Positions 12,163-20,794 of a DNA stretch of 31,521 nt are shown one piece after another. The position numbers and the translations under genes were made by a program. Location: contig CAXXSM010000046.1 of assembly GCA_963663405.2 (NCBI GenBank), forward strand, positions 1 to 31,521, written 5' to 3'. Every line of letters begins with the position of its first letter. Within the stretch, counting starts at the first letter, position 1. The notes beneath the pieces were generated by a model that made no database searches, was not told the origin of the DNA, and saw only the letters and a list, made by a program, of their open reading frames with translations. This DNA comes from a bacterium (GTDB lineage Bacteria > Hinthialibacterota > Hinthialibacteria > Hinthialibacterales > Hinthialibacteraceae).

Positions 12163-13036
12163 ATGAAACGAGATTCTCTAAACCGGCGTCAATTCGTAAA
12201 TACAACACTCGCCTCCACAGCGGCGGTTTCATTGCTGGGCGCGTCCAGTTGGGCTAGCGCGAAAAAGAAAATGCGTCTTGGCTTGGTGACGTATCAATGG
12301 GGCAAGGATTGGGACCTGCCGACCTTAATTAATAACTGCGAAAAAAGCGGCGTGCTGGGCGTCGAATTGCGCACGACTCATAAACACGGCGTCGAGCCTT
12401 CTCTTTCAAAGAAGGAACGTCAAGAAGTTAAAAAACGTTTCGAAGACAGCCCTGTCGTTCACGTCGGCCCTGGCAGCAACGAAAATTTTGATTCCCCCGA
12501 TCCCGAAACACTGAAAAAATCGATTGAAGCGACCAAAGCCTTCATCGTCCTAAGTCATGACACAGGCGGCTCCGGTGTGAAAGTCAAACCGAATTCGTTC
12601 CATGAAGGCGTGCCCCATGAAAAAACAATCGAACAGATTGGGAAAAGCCTCAATATCGTCGGGCGCTTCGCCGCCGATTACGGTCAGCAGATTCGCCTGG
12701 AAGTACATGGCGAATGCGCCGAACTCCCCCACGATGAAAGCGATTATGGATATCGCGGATTGTCCCAGCGTCGGCGTCTGCTGGAACAGCAATTCCCAGG
12801 ATCTCAATGGCGAAGGTCTCGAATATAATTTCGACCTGGTCAAAGACCGCTTTGGCGACACGGCCCATGTCCGGGAATTGAACTTGGGTGATTATCCCTA
12901 TCAGAAATTGATCAATCTGTTTAAGGAAATCAATTATAGCGGCTGGATTCTTCTGGAAGCCCGTGTCATGCCCGAAAAACCCATCGAAGCCCTAATCGAA
13001 CAACGGACCATCTTTGAAAAAATGCTGAAAGCGTAA
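12163..13036 (+). CDS. Tat-exported sugar phosphate isomerase/epimerase-like TIM barrel (AP endonuclease 2 family), frameshift near 12730
   Basis: LNRRQFV Tat motif; GVELR, RLEVHG, HVRE and YSGWILLE motifs. The frame switches at the C-run 12725-12730. Confidence 0.82.
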
Positions 13037-13092
13037 TGAGACTGTTTACGCAAAAATGGATGGGCTTAGAGAAAAGTTTTTTCTTAGCCTTT

Positions 13093-13141
13093 CCTTCAGC
13101 CTTCAGTTTTCAACCTAAACATCTAACCCTAAACACCTAAC
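13093..13141. repeat. Short tandem repeats in the intergenic region
   Basis: CCTTCAG x2 (13093-13106) and CCTAAACA(T/C)CTAAC x2 (13114-13141). Confidence 0.7.
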
Positions 13142-13143
13142 CA

Positions 13144-14001
13144 ATGAACGATCGATTCAACAAATCCAATCCTTACCATGCGCTGTCGCGCCGTGATTTT
13201 CTACGGAGCGGCGCGGGCGCGTGGATCGCCGCCGGACTTTGGCCGGGCGCTTTGGCCGCTCAAGCCGCCGAACGATCCGCCGCGTCTCCCAACGAGATTT
13301 TCTTTGTAGTGATGAACGACACGCATTTTTTAGATGAACGCTGCGCGCCGTTTTTTGAAGCGGCCGTCTCGCAGATTGGAAAGAGCGTAGAGAAATTGGA
13401 TTTCTGCCTCATTGCGGGAGATCTAGCGACCGATGGGAAAGAAAGCGAACTAAAACCACTCAAAGAAATCCTATACACACTACCGTGTCCAGTGTATACC
13501 GTTCCAGGCAACCACGATTTCAACGGCGAGTCGTGCAAAGCGTACGAGACGCTATTTCCCCAATCGCGGAATTTCATCCGCGAGGAAAATGGATGGACCC
13601 TGATTGGATTGGACACCTGTGACGGCCCTCGCTGGAAGGAGATTACCATCCCCGGCGCCACATTCGAATGGATGCGCAAAGAGTTGCCCCAACTCGATAA
13701 GGCGAATCCTACCATTGTGTTCACGCATTTCCCCTTGGCCGAAGGTGTCCAGATGCGCCCGAAAAACGCCGCTCAAGTGTTGGAACTCTTATGGGACCAT
13801 AATCTGAAAGCGATTTTCTGCGGCCATTTCCACGGCTATACCCTCAAGGAGAGGAACGGAGTCCCACTCACAACCAACCGCTGCCTGTCCCGAAGCCGTG
13901 GCAACCATGATGGAACCAAGGAGAAAGGTTACTTCCTTTGTCAGTCACAAGATGGAAGAATCGAACGGAAGTTTGTTGAATTCAAATTTGAGCCATCATA
14001 A
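13144..14001 (+). CDS. Tat-exported calcineurin-like metallophosphoesterase (Icc/CpdA-like)
   Basis: LSRRDFLR Tat motif; DTH, AGD, GNHD, THFP and GHFH motifs. Confidence 0.88.
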   Translation: MNDRFNKSNPYHALSRRDFLRSGAGAWIAAGLWPGALAAQAAERSAASPNEIFFVVMNDTHFLDERCAPFFEAAVSQIGKSVEKLDFCLIAGDLATDGKESELKPLKEILYTLPCPVYTVPGNHDFNGESCKAYETLFPQSRNFIREENGWTLIGLDTCDGPRWKEITIPGATFEWMRKELPQLDKANPTIVFTHFPLAEGVQMRPKNAAQVLELLWDHNLKAIFCGHFHGYTLKERNGVPLTTNRCLSRSRGNHDGTKEKGYFLCQSQDGRIERKFVEFKFEPS

Positions 14002-14086
14002 AACAAAGAATCTCGCGAAATAAATCTCGCCCTCTTTGCCACCCTCTTATCTCCTCAATCTTTCTTAAAAAATCCAACATGTTAGT

Positions 14087-14827
14087 ATGAATTGTATGGC
14101 AGAACAATTCAATCAAAACGATAAATCATTGCGCGGCTGCGTGGCAGCGGTTGTTCCCTGTTTCAATCCTGGGGATCAGGCGAGAAAGACTCTCGATCGT
14201 CTATTGACGATTATGAATCATATTATCGTAGTGGATGATGGATGCATAGATGGTTTCGCCGATTCAATACGGGATCTACCCGTTGAATGGATCACATTTC
14301 CACAAAACCGGGGGAAAGGCCATGCGCTGTTGGCGGGTTTTCAAAAAGCCATCGAGATCGAAGGCGTCTCTTGTGTTGTGACGATCGATAGTGATGGGCA
14401 GCACGATCCAAACGAAATCCCCCGATTGTACGAATCGTTTCTCTCCGGGCAGCTGGACCTGCTGATTGGGGCGCGCGAATTTGAGCGCCGCGCTGTTCCC
14501 TGGCGTTCCTGGGTGGGAAACAAGATTACCGCTTCTCTCACACGTCTTCTCTTGCGGCGGTGGATTCCCGACACACAATCGGGATTCCGGCTGCATTCCC
14601 GGCGCTTTGTCACGCATATTCTAAACACTACACAAGGTGGGCGCTATGAAACAGAGATGGAAATTCTCATCCACGCTATTCAGGGCGAATTCAAAATTCA
14701 ATCGCTGCCCATCAATACGATTTATGAATCCCACAACACCGGATCGCATTTCAATCCGCTGCGCGATTCGTTTTTGATCTATCGAACATTTCTCTCAATG
14801 CTATGGCATAGCAGAGATCGAGAATAA
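14087..14827 (+). CDS. Glycosyltransferase family 2 (DPM1-like)
   Basis: VVPCFN, VVDDG, NRGKGHAL, DSDGQH, DTQSGFR, RYETEMEIL and SHFNPLRDS motifs. The start may instead be 14096. Confidence 0.88.
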   Translation: MNCMAEQFNQNDKSLRGCVAAVVPCFNPGDQARKTLDRLLTIMNHIIVVDDGCIDGFADSIRDLPVEWITFPQNRGKGHALLAGFQKAIEIEGVSCVVTIDSDGQHDPNEIPRLYESFLSGQLDLLIGAREFERRAVPWRSWVGNKITASLTRLLLRRWIPDTQSGFRLHSRRFVTHILNTTQGGRYETEMEILIHAIQGEFKIQSLPINTIYESHNTGSHFNPLRDSFLIYRTFLSMLWHSRDRE

Positions 14828-14838
14828 ACGATCCGGTT

Positions 14839-15726
14839 CTATGGCAATGAAACATCAGCCAGAACGGGCAGGTGATCGGAGGGGTAATACTCTCCAAATT
14901 TATCGGGGAGGATCTTGTGCGTCCAGACGCGAATCTGATTTCCTATAAAGATAAAATCGATTTTGGTTTCGGGAGGTCCGTGTTCTTTCCAATTGGTAAA
15001 AGTCGATGTCGGCCCCTCATGAGGCGTATTGGATACATAACGGGCGTCGGTAAGGCCGGAAAAGGTTCCGTTTCCGATGGGGAGTTTACCTGTGAGAACC
15101 GCGTAGGGTTGTGATGATTCACGACAGTTGAAATCACCTGTTAAAACAACGGGTGTGGAACCTGCGATCTCCGTGATTTTCTTCCAGATCAGTTTCGCGC
15201 TTTCTTTCCGCGCCTGCTGTCCACGATGGTCGAAATGGGTGTTGAACATGTAGAAAATCTTTCCTGTTTTTCGATCTTTGAACCGCGCCCAGGTCGCAAT
15301 ACGGGTTAGGGATGTGTCCCACGATTTGCTGGCGATGACGTCCGGAGTTTCGGAGAGCCAGAAGGTGTTCCCCCCAAGATACTGGAATCGATCCTTGCGA
15401 TAAAAGATCGGGGTATATTCACCCCCTGTTTTTCCATCATCGCGCCCGACGCCAGTACAGTCGTATTCCGGCAGGCGCTCGATTAAATCGTCCAACTGGT
15501 CTTTTTTCACTTCCTGCAATCCCGCCAGACCGGCTTCATAACGGGCGCCGATCATTTCGGCTACGCGGTCCTTGCGATTAGGCCAGGCGTTGACACCGTC
15601 GTCAGGATTGTTGTAACGGATATTAAACGTCATTACACGAATCGAATCTTCCGGTTGTGCGAAAGCGGGAGCCAGAAAACTTAGGCATAAAAGTAGACAT
15701 AGAACCATAGTTAATTGAGAACGCAT
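14839..15726 (-). CDS. Secreted endonuclease/exonuclease/phosphatase (EEP) family protein
   Basis: Signal peptide; MTFNIRY, GLQE, NTHFDH, GDFN, IDFIF and PSDHLPV motifs; AGGAGG RBS. Confidence 0.9.
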   Translation of the reverse strand: MRSQLTMVLCLLLCLSFLAPAFAQPEDSIRVMTFNIRYNNPDDGVNAWPNRKDRVAEMIGARYEAGLAGLQEVKKDQLDDLIERLPEYDCTGVGRDDGKTGGEYTPIFYRKDRFQYLGGNTFWLSETPDVIASKSWDTSLTRIATWARFKDRKTGKIFYMFNTHFDHRGQQARKESAKLIWKKITEIAGSTPVVLTGDFNCRESSQPYAVLTGKLPIGNGTFSGLTDARYVSNTPHEGPTSTFTNWKEHGPPETKIDFIFIGNQIRVWTHKILPDKFGEYYPSDHLPVLADVSLP

Positions 15727-15739
15727 TTAAAATACCTCC

Positions 15740-16033
15740 TTAATAAAACGCGCCGGGCGATACAAGCCGGTACGCGGTGGATACAACAAAATCACGGGTA
15801 ACGTGAACCAGTAACAGCGCGAGGATCGGACTGAAATCAAATCCTCCCGCGACTAAAAACGGAAACGCCCGCCGAATCGCGTCCATCAACGGATCGGTGA
15901 GATAGGCGATAAACCGGACGATCGGATTGTACGGATACGCCTGCACCCAACTGATCACACACCGGGCGATAATCACGAACTCATACAACCGGAAAATCCT
16001 ATCGATCAAAAAGATAAACTCAACCATTTTCAA
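15740..16033 (-). CDS. yggT: YggT/YlmG family membrane protein
   Basis: ISWV..PYNPIVRFI..LTDP...IRR..P...GGFDFSPILA signature. Alternative start at 16027. Confidence 0.88.
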   Translation of the reverse strand: MKMVEFIFLIDRIFRLYEFVIIARCVISWVQAYPYNPIVRFIAYLTDPLMDAIRRAFPFLVAGGFDFSPILALLLVHVTRDFVVSTAYRLVSPGAFY

Positions 16034-16059
16034 ACTAAATCCTTCATCGATATCCCATA

Positions 16060-16091
16060 CACATCATGCCATGATGTGGCCAAATGGACAA
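16060..16091 (-). promoter_or_regulatory. Putative yggT-EEP promoter overlapped by a perfect 19-bp palindrome (operator)
   Basis: Minus strand reads TTGTCC-17 nt-CATGAT with an extended TG. Palindrome CACATCATG-C-CATGATGTG at 16060-16078. Confidence 0.55.
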
Positions 16092-16121
16092 TATGAATAG
16101 ACTTGTTTTAGGGAAAAAGGT

Positions 16122-17441
16122 CTAAAGAAGCGGATCGTGGGTATCGATACGCCAGTGGTTAAGGCGTTCGTGGAGGTGTTTTTTCGTGTCTGAATGGAAG
16201 GGGTCGGCCGCCAGGTTTTTTAATTCACCACCGTCACGGCGCAGGTTGTAGAGTTCTTCCCCGCCGGTTGTGTAGAGGTTGTATTTCCAGCGGTTCGTCC
16301 GGATTGTCCGGATGGGATTGACCCATTTCTGTTTGCTGTAATATTCCGCGAAAATCTCATCCCGTATGGGCGCATCCGACGATTCGAATAATGGTTCGAT
16401 ACTGCGGCCTTTTAATTCTTCCGGCCAAGAGACGCCGGTGAGACCGCAGAGAGTGGGGATTAGATCCACCAAACTGACCAATTCTCCGCTGGTTACGGAT
16501 TTTTCAAAACGGGCTGGATACGAAATCGTCAGTGGAACATTGAGCAATTCATCATACATAAACGGCCCTTTATACGGCAGGCGATGCGCGCCGCCCATGT
16601 CGCCATGATCGGACGCGTAAACGACAATTGTATTCTCCCACTGCCCCTTCGCTTCCAATTGATTCAATATCACTCCAAGATGCCCATCGATTTTCTCAAT
16701 CAATTCAAGATAGTAATCCCGGTACGCGAGCCATTCCTTTTCTCCCCATTGCAGAGTCACTTTTCCCTGATCATGAGTGAGAAAGCGTTTCTGAGGAGAT
16801 GGTTTTGTCCAAAGCGTATCTTCAAAATTTGGAGGGAGTTGGACGCCATTTCGAGGAGTACGGCCGAGGTGTTTCTGAATCTGGTAAATATCGTGTGGAT
16901 TGATGAAAGAAACCATTAACAGCCACGGTTGCGCGGATTGTTCCTGAATCCACTTGGCCGCCGCATCCGCCAGTTTTTGACCTCGAAGGTTTTTATAGCC
17001 GGGAAAACCAAATGGGTCCAATCCATCTTTATCGTTTCCTAAATGCCATTTACCCAAATATCCAGTCGCATAGCCTTGTTGTTGAAACACCGATCCCAAA
17101 CAGGGGATCGATTGGTTTAAGGGAAAACCGAGTGAATTTCCGTCCACGTTGGTTACAACACCCGCTTCGTGGGGATACCGTCCCGTGAGAAGCGCCGCGC
17201 GGGAGGCGGAACACTGCGGGGTGGCGCAAAACGCATTCGTCAATCGCATTCCCCGCTCTTCCAACCGTTCGCGATGGGGAAGATGAAGAAGCTCGCGGGG
17301 AACGTTTTCACGTTCCTGGTCGGATAAAATCAAGAGAATATTGGGACGACGGTTCTGCGCTCCACGTCCAATAGAAGGAAACAAGATCTCCCCTCCCGCG
17401 AGGATACCCGTGGTTTGAAGAAATCGGCGGCGATTCAACAT
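16122..17441 (-). CDS. Tat-exported formylglycine-type sulfatase / sulfatase-like hydrolase
   Basis: LNRRRFLQ Tat motif; PNILLILSDQ, CSASRAALLTG, GYATGYLGKWHLG, NPHD, SDHG and ELYNL..D..E..NLA motifs. Confidence 0.9.
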   Translation of the reverse strand: MLNRRRFLQTTGILAGGEILFPSIGRGAQNRRPNILLILSDQERENVPRELLHLPHRERLEERGMRLTNAFCATPQCSASRAALLTGRYPHEAGVVTNVDGNSLGFPLNQSIPCLGSVFQQQGYATGYLGKWHLGNDKDGLDPFGFPGYKNLRGQKLADAAAKWIQEQSAQPWLLMVSFINPHDIYQIQKHLGRTPRNGVQLPPNFEDTLWTKPSPQKRFLTHDQGKVTLQWGEKEWLAYRDYYLELIEKIDGHLGVILNQLEAKGQWENTIVVYASDHGDMGGAHRLPYKGPFMYDELLNVPLTISYPARFEKSVTSGELVSLVDLIPTLCGLTGVSWPEELKGRSIEPLFESSDAPIRDEIFAEYYSKQKWVNPIRTIRTNRWKYNLYTTGGEELYNLRRDGGELKNLAADPFHSDTKKHLHERLNHWRIDTHDPLL

Positions 17442-17554
17442 AGCGAGCCTCCGTATAGTGAATGGCTTTAAATTCCATGATGGTTCTATAATAAAGTGTT
17501 CATTTGATTAATACGAGTTATTATACTAAAAAGCAAATAATTAGTTATATCATT

Positions 17555-17806
17555 ATGCCAAAAATCAAGACCGCTATTTCAATTGAAGAACCTCTATTCA
17601 ATCGAGTCAACAGCCTCGCTCAACAGTTATATATTTCAAGTAGCCACCTCATTTCAGTGGCCGTTCAGGAATTTATCCAGCGACATGATAATAGGGAACT
17701 ATTTGAATTGATTAACAAAGCGTATAACGATTCACAGGAATCCGAAACAAACCACGTTGAAGCAATGCGGTCTCGTCATAATGAGATGGTAAAGAGCCAA
17801 TGGTAA
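17555..17806 (+). CDS. Ribbon-helix-helix antitoxin (ChpI/MazE-like)
   Basis: MPKIKTAISIEEPLF...SHLISVAVQEFI RHH pattern. Its stop overlaps the start of the PemK/MazF toxin. Confidence 0.8.
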   Translation: MPKIKTAISIEEPLFNRVNSLAQQLYISSSHLISVAVQEFIQRHDNRELFELINKAYNDSQESETNHVEAMRSRHNEMVKSQW

Positions 17807-18156
17807 TCAATCAAGGGGATATTTATTGGATTGATTTTGGTGATCCTTCGGGATCAGAACCCGCGTTCCGTCATCCACACGTTGTGATTCAGTACAATCT
17901 ATTTAATCAAAGCCGGATTAAGACAGTTGCCGTGTGTTCATTGACATCGAATCTAAAAAGAGCCAAAGCCCCTGGAAATGTGACACTCGAAAAAGGTGAA
18001 GCAAATTTACCAAAAAAAAGCATTGTCAATATATCTCAAATCTTCACTGTTAATAAAAGCGATCTTTTAGATAAAATTGGAACGCTCTCGAAGCGGCGAA
18101 TCTCACAAATCGCAAAAGGGATCCGGTTGCTTGTAGAACCAAGAGAAATTGATTGA
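17800..18156 (+). CDS. mazF: PemK/MazF family endoribonuclease toxin
   Basis: QGDIYWIDF..PSGSEPAFRHPHVVIQ, SLTSN...APGNV, NLPKKSIVNISQI.TV.K and IGTLS motifs. Confidence 0.88.
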   Translation: MVINQGDIYWIDFGDPSGSEPAFRHPHVVIQYNLFNQSRIKTVAVCSLTSNLKRAKAPGNVTLEKGEANLPKKSIVNISQIFTVNKSDLLDKIGTLSKRRISQIAKGIRLLVEPREID

Positions 18157-18198
18157 ATCTTTTCACTTCAAGCGTCAACGAATTTCCGTCCACAATAC

Positions 18199-18235
18199 GT
18201 CAATCTCTTGACTGAACGGGGTGAGCGACTAAAAT
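18199..18235 (+). promoter_or_regulatory. Sigma70-type promoter of the glmU-rplY-pth unit
   Basis: TTGACT (18208-18213), 16-nt spacer, TAAAAT (18230-18235). A GTCAA-N4-TTGAC inverted repeat overlaps the -35. Confidence 0.6.
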
Positions 18236-18317
18236 ATCAGTTTGCGTCCGCGGTCCTGCGGGCTGTTTTTATGTGAGAACACCAGTTTCATTCCACTGGG
18301 AGTAGAAAAGTATCAAA

Positions 18318-19376
18318 ATGGCGAACAAACCACTCTCGTCCATAATTCTCGCGGCGGGTGATGGAACGCGACTGCGTTCGAATATGCCGAAATCACTACA
18401 TCGGATCTGCGGATTGCCGATGATCATTCATATTTTTCGAACGATTGATTCATTTATTGATCAAAAGAGAGTCGTTATTATTGGTTTCGCCAATGAAATG
18501 ATGAAAGAGGCGCTAAAAGAATTCAATCCTGAATTCGCCATGCAAGAGAAACGATTGGGAACTGGCCACGCGGTGATGTGCGCCAAATCCGCTTTTGAGA
18601 AGTCTGATGGTGATATCCTGGTTTTGGTCGGAGACGCGCCCCTTCTGACACGGGAAACAGTGGAGAAATTGATCGAACGTCACCGGCATCAAGACTCCTC
18701 CGCGACGGTGCTGACCACGGAAATGGAGAATCCAGACGGGTACGGCCGGATCCTCCGCCATCAGGACAATACCGTTCTTTCCATTGTGGAAGACAAAGAC
18801 GCCAATATATACGAAAAAAAGATCACCGAAGTCAATACCGGCACCTACGTATTTGACTGTAAAGACCTGTTCGACGCGCTGGAGCAAGTGGAACCAACGA
18901 ACGAACAGGGGGAATATTATCTCACCGATGTGATTCATATCATGGTCCGTGAAAAGAAACGTGTGGAAGCCTATGTCTCAAAAGATCCCACTGAGACGAT
19001 GGGAATCAACAACCGCGTCCAATTCGCCAAGGCCGAACGAATCATGCGGGATCGGATATTGGAACGCTTGATGTATTCGGGAGTTACAATAGTCGATCCC
19101 AGCAGCACTTTTATTGACGATAGTGTATCTATAGGGATTGATACGATCATTCATCCGACCACGCACATCCAGGGGGATACTAAAATTGGCCAAGGATGCG
19201 AAATCGGCCCACTGACACAAATTGAAAATTGTGAAATCGGAGAAGGGTGCCGGATTAACAGTTCCTACCTGCGAGGTTGTTCGATCCCGCCTGAAATGAG
19301 TATTGGACCGTTCGCGAATCTGAAACATGGTGAAATCTTCTTCGCGAATTCGAACAAAAAAAAAGAGAACGACTAG
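18318..19376 (+). CDS. glmU: GlmU-like GlcNAc-1-P uridyltransferase with a shortened left-handed beta-helix
   Basis: ILAAGDGTRLRS..PKSLH, QEKRLGTGHAV, GYGRI, IVEDKDA, EVNTGTY, NEQGEYYLTD and GINNR motifs, followed by a few hexapeptide turns; 352 aa. Confidence 0.85.
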   Translation: MANKPLSSIILAAGDGTRLRSNMPKSLHRICGLPMIIHIFRTIDSFIDQKRVVIIGFANEMMKEALKEFNPEFAMQEKRLGTGHAVMCAKSAFEKSDGDILVLVGDAPLLTRETVEKLIERHRHQDSSATVLTTEMENPDGYGRILRHQDNTVLSIVEDKDANIYEKKITEVNTGTYVFDCKDLFDALEQVEPTNEQGEYYLTDVIHIMVREKKRVEAYVSKDPTETMGINNRVQFAKAERIMRDRILERLMYSGVTIVDPSSTFIDDSVSIGIDTIIHPTTHIQGDTKIGQGCEIGPLTQIENCEIGEGCRINSSYLRGCSIPPEMSIGPFANLKHGEIFFANSNKKKEND

Positions 19377-19396
19377 AACTCTTGTGGAGGTAAAAG

Positions 19397-20044
19397 ATGA
19401 GACGAGCCGATATGCAAGTTCAACGGCGATCCGTCACTGGAAAAGGCGCGGCCCGATCGGCCCGCCGGGCCGGAATGATTCCGGGTGTCATTTATGGAAA
19501 GGGGATGGATTCAATTCCCATTTATGTCGATTATACAGCGATGGAAAAAGTCTTCCATGAGAGCGCCGGCTCCGAGAATATCCTCGTCAATGTAGGGATG
19601 GAAGACCAAACGGATATAACATTGACCTTGGTGCGTGAGACCCAACACGATCCGCTGACGGGTGAACTCATGCACTTGGATTTCCTGCGGGTATCGATTG
19701 ACAAGCCGCTCCGGACAACGGCGCCTCTGCATGCGATAGGGAGCTCCAAAGGGGTCAAAGAAGGAGGCATCTTTGAAATGGCCCTGCGGGATATCGAAAT
19801 CGAGTGCCTGCCGTTGGATATTCCTGATTATCTGGAGATCGATATCTCTGAGATGGATATGGGACAAACCTTGCACGTCTACGATATTCCTGAAAATCCG
19901 AAATATAAAATACTGACGGATAAAGACGTTCCGGTCTGCCTCATTCAGGCGCCCAGAATTGATACAACCGCAGCGGCGGCGGCGATCGAAGGTGAAGAGA
20001 CCGAAGAGAAGGCCGAAGAGGGCTCGGAAAAAGAAAGTGAATAA
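19397..20044 (+). CDS. rplY: 50S ribosomal protein L25/Ctc (long form)
   Basis: GKGAARSARRAGMIPGVIYG, HLDF, GVKEGG and CLPLDIP motifs; acidic tail; GGAGG RBS. Confidence 0.95.
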   Translation: MRRADMQVQRRSVTGKGAARSARRAGMIPGVIYGKGMDSIPIYVDYTAMEKVFHESAGSENILVNVGMEDQTDITLTLVRETQHDPLTGELMHLDFLRVSIDKPLRTTAPLHAIGSSKGVKEGGIFEMALRDIEIECLPLDIPDYLEIDISEMDMGQTLHVYDIPENPKYKILTDKDVPVCLIQAPRIDTTAAAAAIEGEETEEKAEEGSEKESE

Positions 20045-20101
20045 ACCCTTTTCGATCTTTGATCCAGATGTGGACACGTTCTTAAACGATAAGGTTGTAT
20101 T

Positions 20102-20656
20102 GTGTGGTGTATCGTAGGGCTCGGAAATCCTGGGAAAGAATACGAAACCACACGGCATAATGTGGGATTCCAATTTATTGATTTGTTATCGAAACGATGG
20201 GGGATTTCTGTCAATGAAAGGAATCCCCTTTTCCTATTCGGATCGGGCAACGTGAAAGGGATTCCCATTTTATTAGTCAAACCGATGACTTTTATGAATC
20301 GCTCCGGCGAGTCCTACGGGCGCTTGCTGCGGGATCCAGACGTTCAATTGCAGGAAACACTCATCGTTTACGATGATCTTCATTTGCCACTCGGTAAAAT
20401 CCGTCTTCGGCAGAAAGGCGGCGGTGGAGGGCATAATGGATTGACATCCATTTTAAACACAGCCGGTTCGCAGGAAATCCCACGCCTCCGGATTGGGATT
20501 GACGGCAGCGAACAAGATTGGATCGATTACGTTCTCAGCCCCTTTCCGGAGGAGGAATGGAAGGTGATCGAACAATCCCTCGAACGTTCGGCGGAGGCGC
20601 TGGAATCCATGCTTCGAATTGGAATCGAGAAAGCGATGAATTTATTCAACGGCTAA
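20102..20656 (+). CDS. pth: Peptidyl-tRNA hydrolase
   Basis: VGLGNPGKEYETTRHNVGF, KPMTFMNRSG, YDDL, GGHNGL and RLRIGI motifs. Confidence 0.96.
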   Translation: MWCIVGLGNPGKEYETTRHNVGFQFIDLLSKRWGISVNERNPLFLFGSGNVKGIPILLVKPMTFMNRSGESYGRLLRDPDVQLQETLIVYDDLHLPLGKIRLRQKGGGGGHNGLTSILNTAGSQEIPRLRIGIDGSEQDWIDYVLSPFPEEEWKVIEQSLERSAEALESMLRIGIEKAMNLFNG

Positions 20657-20794
20657 CTAAAAACTCATACTATTGAAGCTAATACTATTTATTTAAGACA
20701 CAAAAGCAATTTAAGAAAGAAATTCGAAAATTAGCTTTAGAAGAACCTAGTTACACACCTCATCGAATCGTAATCGTCTTACTATAATCTATAG

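Noticed and set aside
12720-12735. Programmed frameshifting or phase variation at homopolymers
   Set aside because: The runs are short and similar indels affect many unrelated genes, so sequencing error is simpler.
18157-18317. tRNA-Gln, often found near glmU/prs
   Set aside because: No cloverleaf or T-loop (GTTCGA-like) sequence. The interval is explained by a promoter and a hairpin.
19511-20173. Long antisense or alternate-frame ORFs (also 5064-5648, 22583-23167, 9679-10161 and others)
   Set aside because: They are shadows of well-supported genes and lack motifs or RBSs.
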